Of a stretch of 64,000 nt of DNA, positions 56,894 to 64,000 are shown piece by piece. Source of the stretch: Schizochytrium sp. TIO01 (taxonomy: Eukaryota > Protista > Bigyra: Labyrinthulomycetes); NCBI GenBank assembly GCA_004764695.1, contig SMSO01000031.1, forward strand, positions 8,538,761 through 8,602,760, read 5' to 3'. The notes under the pieces were generated by a model. It had not been told where the DNA came from. It saw nothing but the letters and a program-made list of their open reading frames with translations, and did not search any database. Position 1 is the stretch's first letter. Each line of letters opens with the position of its first letter. A program made the translations under genes and the position numbers.

Positions 56894-58228
56894 TTACTCG
56901 GCCTGAAGTGAAAAGGGGGGGAGATAAGCTTGCTCGGAAAGACGGAACCAGTCAATACAGTTGAAAAATGGATGCTGGCGAACCTCGTCAAGGCCACTGA
57001 TGTATCCAAGCCGGAGAGTTCTTGACTTTGTCAGAAGTCTTCTTACAATATCCCAATCAATTGATTTGGTGCTGATATCATCAGCGCAAGGGAGCAACGG
57101 TGCACGGCATATAAGCTCGCAAGTTGCTTGTACATCGTCTTCAGCCCAAGGCCAGGTCCCATAAAGCATTTCGTAGAGCAGAACACCAAAGCTCCACCAG
57201 TCAGACTCTTTTCCGTGTGGTGCTCGGCACAAAATCTCGGGTGCGGAGTAGTAAATGGTACCTGCGCCCGTAGTGACCTCAAGACGGCCGTTGGATGGGT
57301 TTGGGGTACCTTCTTCATCCAGAAAGACAGACAAACCAAAATCGAGAAGACGAACATGTCCACTGGCCGTAATTCCAATATTTTCTGGCTTGAGATCTGC
57401 ATGAAGAATATTGAAGTTATGCATATGCTGAATTGCAAGTGCAATTTCCGCGGCATAAAAGGTCACATCGGTCAGTGACAAAAGGTCTTGATGTGCTAAA
57501 AGAGAAAATAAGTCACCTCCCTGGCAGTACTGCATACCAAGGGTAACTTGGGTTTCGTCCTCCATTGTAAAGTACAAGTCGACGATGAAAGGCGAAGCGG
57601 CAAGTTTGCGCATGACTCGCATTTCAGTTTCGATTTGTTGCACGTTCTGTTTGGAATTTTTCTGTCTGCTTTTAATAACAAATTCACCGCCCGATATATC
57701 CATGAGGCGAGTTACAAACTTCTCTTTGTTAATACCGTGAAGAATGAGGTCAACTTGTGGAGGCATATGTACATCATCCTTCGTTTGATGGGCTGGTACA
57801 GAGCAAGATTCCTCATTCATTAGAAGAATTTCCTCTTGTTCTCTTTTATGGCAGCCAGTGCTGTTAAAATCCTGTTGGTGGGACTGTAGTTGATGTTTAG
57901 TTTGAGCTTCGGAAGTTGTATACAAGCTAGTGCAGTAATGGTGCTTTGGATTTGTCTCTGTGTCGCTGATTTCTTTCACGTTATCGCAAGGGTTTTCCCA
58001 TTCTTTGCTGTTTGGTGTTTCGTCACTTAATGAAGCATCGATGCTACTGAAGTGTTCGTGTTGCTGCTGTTCTATTGACCTAACTGGAGGTAGGCAAGGA
58101 GGTTGCGATTTACCCAAGGTTGCACCAGTTTTTGCATCTGAAGCTATTATTGAATCTACAGTGAACGCATGGGCCACGAAACCAAACTTGTCTACTGAGA
58201 GCAGAGTTCGGATCTCAGCGTGTGGCAT
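56894..58228 (-). CDS. AGC-like non-RD Ser/Thr kinase with disordered N-terminal extension; family member K4
   Basis: FVIK, ETEMRVM, PFIVDLY, QYCQGGDLF, HADLKPENIGIT, DFG, GTIYYSAPE, DWWSFGVLLYEM, RLG...HPFF-CIDW...PPF; first ATG at 58228. Confidence 0.88.
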   Translation of the reverse strand: MPHAEIRTLLSVDKFGFVAHAFTVDSIIASDAKTGATLGKSQPPCLPPVRSIEQQQHEHFSSIDASLSDETPNSKEWENPCDNVKEISDTETNPKHHYCTSLYTTSEAQTKHQLQSHQQDFNSTGCHKREQEEILLMNEESCSVPAHQTKDDVHMPPQVDLILHGINKEKFVTRLMDISGGEFVIKSRQKNSKQNVQQIETEMRVMRKLAASPFIVDLYFTMEDETQVTLGMQYCQGGDLFSLLAHQDLLSLTDVTFYAAEIALAIQHMHNFNILHADLKPENIGITASGHVRLLDFGLSVFLDEEGTPNPSNGRLEVTTGAGTIYYSAPEILCRAPHGKESDWWSFGVLLYEMLYGTWPWAEDDVQATCELICRAPLLPCADDISTKSIDWDIVRRLLTKSRTLRLGYISGLDEVRQHPFFNCIDWFRLSEQAYLPPFSLQAE

Positions 58229-58771
58229 CTTGTCAAGCGAAACACGCCAAGCAAGCCAGGCAAGCCAATTTACTCTAAATCCCCGCACGTTCCGCAAGCG
58301 TCCAGCGATCCAGCCCAAGGCGTGCGCGGTTCAAGTTCAGGTAGGGCAGAGTGGAGTAGTATTCCTCTGGGGCTTATGGCTGTTGCTGGTCAGTGCAACT
58401 CGGACCCTGTTCTAAGCAGAGCTGCGTGCCTTCGTCTGAAAGGAAGGCTGGCGCCGCGAGCCCTCTCCCTCGCAGCTTGGCCTCCAGAGTCCTTGTCGTG
58501 TACAACAGCAGTTTGGGGTTTGCTTCTCCTTCCTTCTTCGTTCCATCTTTTTAAAATTCAAACTATTTTTTCAAACTATTTTTATGTTTAAATTTGAAAA
58601 TTAACAAGACCATTTGTTATTATGATGATTATGATTATTGGTTTTTAGAAGCTTCTCCCACGGTCTCTTCCTTGCGACCCCTACAGAAGTAGAATAGGTA
58701 GGAGTTATACTATTTTATAAAGGTGTTTATTGCTACTACACTCCTCTACAGAGCTTATACTCATAGCTGTA

Positions 58772-58772
58772 A

Positions 58773-58863
<91 letters not shown>

Positions 58864-58885
58864 GAAGAAAGAAAGAAAGAAAGAA
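58772..58885. repeat. (GAAA)n tetranucleotide microsatellite
   Basis: Near-perfect tandem GAAA run of ~110 bp. Confidence 0.95.
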
Positions 58886-59010
58886 GGTTTTAGGTACAAG
58901 TGTCGTCTCAGTTTTCTTCACGGTAAAATCTTCCAACCGCGTATCATCAGAACAGACTCCTACGATCATTTCATATCACTGCAACACGAAAGAGAATCAT
59001 CATCAACCAT

Positions 59011-59113
59011 AAACAAAACCAAAACCAAACCAAAACCAAAACCAAAACCAAACCAAACCAAAACCAAAACCAAACCAAACCAAAACCAACCAAACAACCA
59101 ACAAACAAACAAA
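59011..59113. repeat. (AAACC/AAAACC/AAAC)n compound microsatellite
   Basis: Direct reading. Confidence 0.9.
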
Positions 59114-60438
59114 CAGCGCCCAGAGATCATTTTTGGAGCAAATACACCAAACTAACGTAAAATGGGGTCCACAGCCCTACCGACGAATGGATGGAATGCA
59201 CCTCTTTCTCCACCTTCATTGAAAGAAAAGAAAAGAAAAGAAACGAAAAGAAAAGAAGATAAGAGAAAAGAAGCCCAATCAAGCCGCTTTTCGAGCACGT
59301 CGGTCTCTCTCTTAGCGCCTCAAAGCCCCCTTCGCTGCACCAGCGCAGATCTGTACTCGTTATTCTTGTCCTCAGAGTCCCTTCTATCTCGAGCCGGAGC
59401 AAGAAACTTGAACACTCGAGCACTCGAATGCATCCCTAAAAAGCCTCAATTGTCTTCCTCTTCACGTGGATTGAAAGCGTAACGCGTATGTATGTATATA
59501 TGTATGCATATACATATGAAGTACGCGGACTTTCCAACTTTGCACAATAGTTACTCTCTTCAACTTCAACACTTGAATTTGGCATCATTAAATACAACTT
59601 TGTTTTGAAATAATTTTAATTTATATTAAATAAATTAATAAATTAATAAATTAATAAATAAATTAATAAACATTATTATTATGTATAAAGAATTGTAATT
59701 AATTAAAAGGTCGTGTTTATAAAAAGTAGAATGCATATAATGGCTAACGCAGGCTGCGTGCGCAGACCTTCCTGTTCATTTGTTTGTTAGTTAGCTACTT
59801 TTAAACCAACAAACCTTTTTTATTCTAAAAGTTAGATGAAATTAAAAGGCGAAAACGAACAGGAAGAGAAGAGTGAATGAATAAATGCCTTTCCCCTCAA
59901 GTTCTTTCTCCTTCACCCTCAAGTCTTCGCAATACGCCATAGGCAGATAAAGAGATAGATAGATACTTAGATCCCGGGCAGCCTGCACGCCGCTGCAATA
60001 CCCAACTTCTGTTTATTCGTTGTTTGTCTGTTCATCTGTATGTCTGATCGTTCGTTTGATCGTTCGTTTGTGGTGGCAGAGGCTCTTGGTTCCCTTTCTT
60101 TGAACATGCACGGCAGCTCAAACTGACGACCAGAAGTCACCTCAATCAGCCGATTTGGCACAGAAAGAATCCAACGCAATCAAGTACGGCCGAAGAACTT
60201 TGAAAGAAACGCTTTGTCTTGAGGCCTTTCTTCTTCTTGTCCTTCTTCTTTTTCTTTCTTCGTTTTCCAGCCCTCAACATCTCTGCAGGAAGTAAGCAAG
60301 CAGTAATAATTAATTAAGTATTTATAGTAAGCAAGTAACTAATTAAATAAAGTAATTAAAGTAAGCAAGCAATTAATGCAATTAATGAATGAATGTAATT
60401 AATGTAATTAGTTTAAGTAATGTAATTAATGTAATTAA

Positions 60439-60439
<1 letters not shown>

Positions 60440-60521
<82 letters not shown>
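60440..60521. repeat. (GTAA)n microsatellite
   Basis: Perfect tandem GTAA run. Confidence 0.95.
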
Positions 60522-60599
60522 GTCAGTATAGTATAAGTTGGTTAGTTTTTTAGCTAGTTAGTCAGTATAGTATAAGTTGGTTATCTTTTTAGCTAGTTA
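60522..60599. repeat. 39-bp tandem duplication
   Basis: gtcagtatagtataagttggtta..tttttagctagtta occurs at 60522 and 60561 with two mismatches. Confidence 0.9.
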
Positions 60600-60713
60600 G
60601 TCATTTAGTCAGTTGGCTTCCGATAACTTTTACCCCACTGCATTTCAATGAATACTGTTTTAGATCTTCAAGCAAGATCAAGAATGATTGGCTTTTCAAC
60701 AGCTGAGATGAAA

Positions 60714-60744
<31 letters not shown>

Positions 60745-61839
60745 ACTCACGGGGGAAACCTTTAGCTCCGATCTCCTGAGGCCGCTCTATCGGCACCTGA
60801 GAAGCACTGCGCATCGCTCTCACGATCTCTCTTCAGCTTATTAGCTGCCCAAAGAGAAGCGAAGGCCTCTGTTATCTTAGGGGAAAGCGTCGCCACGGTG
60901 ATGCTTCCCCCATTATCCTGAAGAAGCTCGCTTGTTAGAGAATTAAAAATGGTGATATGGCCGCAAACGTTTTACTGCATATTTGAAATAAATAGTAAAC
61001 ACACTACAGCGAACAAACAGAAAACCTCGCGTTATGAAGACACATCACAGCTTTGTAGTAAAGACCGATAAAGAGGTGTCGAGTGAACAAAGCAAAGATC
61101 AGAGTCTCGAGTCTCGCCGGTTCGAAGGGGCGCCAACGGGAGACGCCCGGCCACTGATCAAGCGCAAGCGGAGGAGGGGAAAGGCCTGCTAGATGTACAT
61201 TACTTATTGATTTTATTTTATAAACGTTTGTTTTGCAGTACTATTAAAAAAGTATAATAATAATAATAATTACTTTTTTCTTTTTTTTTTAATTAAGTGA
61301 AAGAAAGGGAAGAGAGAGAGAATTTCCAGCGAGTGAAACCCACCAAAGAAGAGCACTTTCTGGTCCTCAGCTCTGTCGATGCGATGCACTGTCGTAGAAC
61401 ACAGGAATCTTCTGCTTCTATTTCTTCTATTTCTTCTTCTCTTTTGTCTCCCCGTTCCTCCAAGTCCCTCCTTCTTCCCTCCAGCTCACTGCAATGCAGC
61501 TGCTTTCGCATCAGCAGCCGATCGTTTGGCCATAATGGCGTCTTTGTTTTGAGGGCCGTCAAGAAACGAATAAAGAGAATAGCGTCGCTGGTCGCGCAGA
61601 ATATGAGTTTCTGTCTCTCTGTATGTCCCGAACAGCAGCGAATGAACTTACAGCAATGGCCTTTTAACGAAGGGGCTGAAATTTGATAATTGGCACTGGA
61701 AGGAATTGGACTTCACAGCGAAGGAGTGAACGAGCTCTCAGGAGTGAAGGAATAAACCTAGAACGAAGGAATGAAAGAGCTCATGGACATGAGTTTTTAG
61801 GAAGGAGTGAATCTACCCCGTAAGAAGGAACGAACCCAA

Positions 61840-61930
61840 ACCAGCCAACCAACCAACCAACCAACCAAAACAAACGAACAAACAAATGAACAAACCAACG
61901 AATGAATGAATGAATGAATGAATGAATGAA
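61840..61930. repeat. (AACC)/(AAAC)/(GAAT) compound microsatellite
   Basis: Direct reading. Confidence 0.85.
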
Positions 61931-62459
61931 CTCCAAGAAATGAACCCATGAATGAATACCAGCTTCGCGGTCTTTCAAAAACAAGTAAGCACTATCTATC
62001 GCGCCTCCTCTCAATCGCTATTGTATCGTGGAGAACGAGGGACGGACGGGTGTCTGTCTGTCTGGCAACTAGCTCTCTCTCCCACAGCCAGGCCTTTCTG
62101 CCGAAGCTAGGAGCTTCTAGCGGGTACCTACACCTTCTGTCACGCGGACTCAAACAGACAGACAGACAGACACTCACTCACTCACCAGCCCCTCTTTCCG
62201 CTGTCTCTCGAACGTGCGTCCTTTCTCTCTCGTCTCTTTCCGGGCCCATCAGCCAACGAAATAACCAACCAACCAACCAACCAATCAATTCCTCCGCCCA
62301 TGAACCAGCCTCGAGCTGTTCGCTCAGGGATGCCACTGACCCGCTCGAGAAGCTCGGCGCCAGCGGAGAGAGACAGAGCAAGCAAGATTTGAAACGTTGA
62401 CTTCTTCTTCGCTTTTGCCCTTCTCTTATTTTGACTTCGCGCACTCTCACACACATACT

Positions 62460-62882
62460 TTCTCTCTCTCTCTCTTTCTCTCTCTCCCTTAAAAAGGAAT
62501 AAAACAGCCGACGCAAGCGCCTCTTTCCTCGACTTCGGAAAGTTTATTGAGTCCTGCTGTGCAAGTTTCTGAAAGCCTCCTCTGTCTCTGTGTCTGATCT
62601 CTCTGTGTGTTCGTGTGCGCGTCTTTGTGCCTCTTCTGGCGCCTCTCCTCTCGCCTGCTTCTTCGCAAGTTTCTTTCAACTCCTCCTCCATCCCTCTGTA
62701 CCGTCCGTCTCTCTGCCTATTGATTGCTTCAGAGCGTTCGTTTGGCCATAATGACCGCTGCGGTCTCAGCTCAGCTATACATATATGTATATATATATAT
62801 ATATATGTATACCACTTCGTGGCGACGGTTTTCCACAACAACGAGGACGACGACAACGACAACGACAACGACGACGGCGACG
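62460..62882. repeat. Cluster of (CT)n, (TA)n and (ACGACA)n simple repeats
   Basis: CT run ~62460-62486, TA run ~62776-62810, ACG/ACGACA run ~62836-62882. Confidence 0.8.
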
Positions 62883-64000
62883 CTGATTGCGTGGTTGAGG
62901 GCACTTGTTTCGTTGTGGCCAATGGAATAGCTTTGGTTTATTCAAGTTGAGGTCGAGGTCCTTCGGGTCCTCGACGGCGCTGTTCCATCCGTGAGATATC
63001 TGCGCACCGCGAGAGAGAGGAAGTCCACGATTTACATCGATTAAAATTGTGCTGCGACTGAAGAGATTCTCTTCTCGTCTCATCTATTTCATCTCCTTTC
63101 GTCCGTTCGCTCTTCCGGTTCCGGAATGACTCAGGTTCGGGGAAAGAGACATCATAAGTGAACAAACATGCATCGTGATCATCGTCTTATGCAGTCGTTC
63201 TCCACGTCGTCGGCCAGCCGCGACTTGAAGATCTCTCTCTCTCTCTCTCTCAACGTTCGCGATCTCATCGATCTCATCTTTCACCAAACCAGCGCTTAAC
63301 GCTTCATCCTCTCAACTCGAGTCTCAGTTCAATCGTTGTTACTAAACTTTTGCCCTTTCCGCTTCATGAACGCTGAGATTGCGATCGCTGGAAAAGGAAC
63401 ATGACACACCCACCGACTTGGAGCACACCCACACTGAGAGGGACCCTCTTTCTGCTTACTATACACACATGGTACACATTAGATAGCGGATAATAAAGAA
63501 GTAACTTCAAATCATTAGAATTGGAAAAAATGAACTGTTTATTTATGACGTTAAAAATTATAGATTTTAAATTAACTTTTATGTGTATTATTTTGTTTGA
63601 ATAAAAATAAATATATATTAAAAAATAAAAATAAACTATTTAAGACTCTAACAAAATTATATATTGTTAAATTAATGTATGCAAAGTGCACGAAAGTCTT
63701 GACCCGGTACCAGCTTTCTCCAGACTAAAGATATATGTTAGAAGCGCCTCCTCAACCCTTCCCGAGACCGAACCCACCAGTACCTTGATCTGACTGCAGA
63801 CTCCCTCAGGCACCTTGTGGCGCAATAGTTTCAACAATCAACGAAAAAACAAACAAACAAATAAATCATTCATTCAGTTGTTATTTATTCATCGTCTCTC
63901 GCGATATTATCTGTACCAAGCAAGCTCTCGGGGATTTAGGCTCCAAGAAGAAAGAAGGAATTCAAAGCTGCAATTGCACTGTGGGTAGTGTGGGGATAGC

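Noticed and set aside
58705-59482. ORFs with KKER / FFLS / KP repeats
   Set aside because: Translations of (GAAA)n and (AAACC)n microsatellites.
60440-60599. Repeat array considered as CRISPR or telomeric repeat
   Set aside because: A simple (GTAA)n run plus one 39-bp duplication; no spacers, no cas genes, eukaryotic context.
62182-62922. 246-aa minus-strand ORF
   Set aside because: Composed of translated simple repeats (YIYI, RERE, SLSL); no domain signal.

Overview
Eukaryotic, intron-poor nuclear DNA with microsatellite-rich intergenic regions. Gene style and content suggest a flagellated protist, probably a thraustochytrid-like stramenopile (inference). About 19 protein-coding genes are supportable. 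They include three ribosome-biogenesis genes (NSUN5, BMS1, RRP1; BMS1 and RRP1 head-to-head), an HVA22/REEP protein, two long coiled-coil proteins and a coiled-coil+RRM protein. Also present are a 62-aa stand-alone RIIa D/D (RSP11/ropporin-like) microprotein, a CAMK-type kinase fused to two cyclic-nucleotide-binding domains, a 4-EF-hand protein, a 3-exon class II aldolase/adducin gene, a tail-anchored clamp-TPR protein, a possible tandem-longin protein and ARMC2. Four paralogous, intronless non-RD AGC-like kinases share an unusual catalytic-loop signature; three are clustered at 51-58 kb and one of these is a conserved pseudokinase. The first ~6.5 kb holds decayed coding relics, including a 435-bp CpG-free tract and a DH-like fragment with an intact intron. 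The last ~5.5 kb is gene-free and dense in simple repeats. No rRNA, convincing tRNA, CRISPR array or intact mobile element was found. Best candidates for new biology are the non-RD kinase/pseudokinase family and the cAMP/Ca2+ signalling gene run at 22.8-32.1 kb. All family assignments come from motif recognition by eye; no database search was run.
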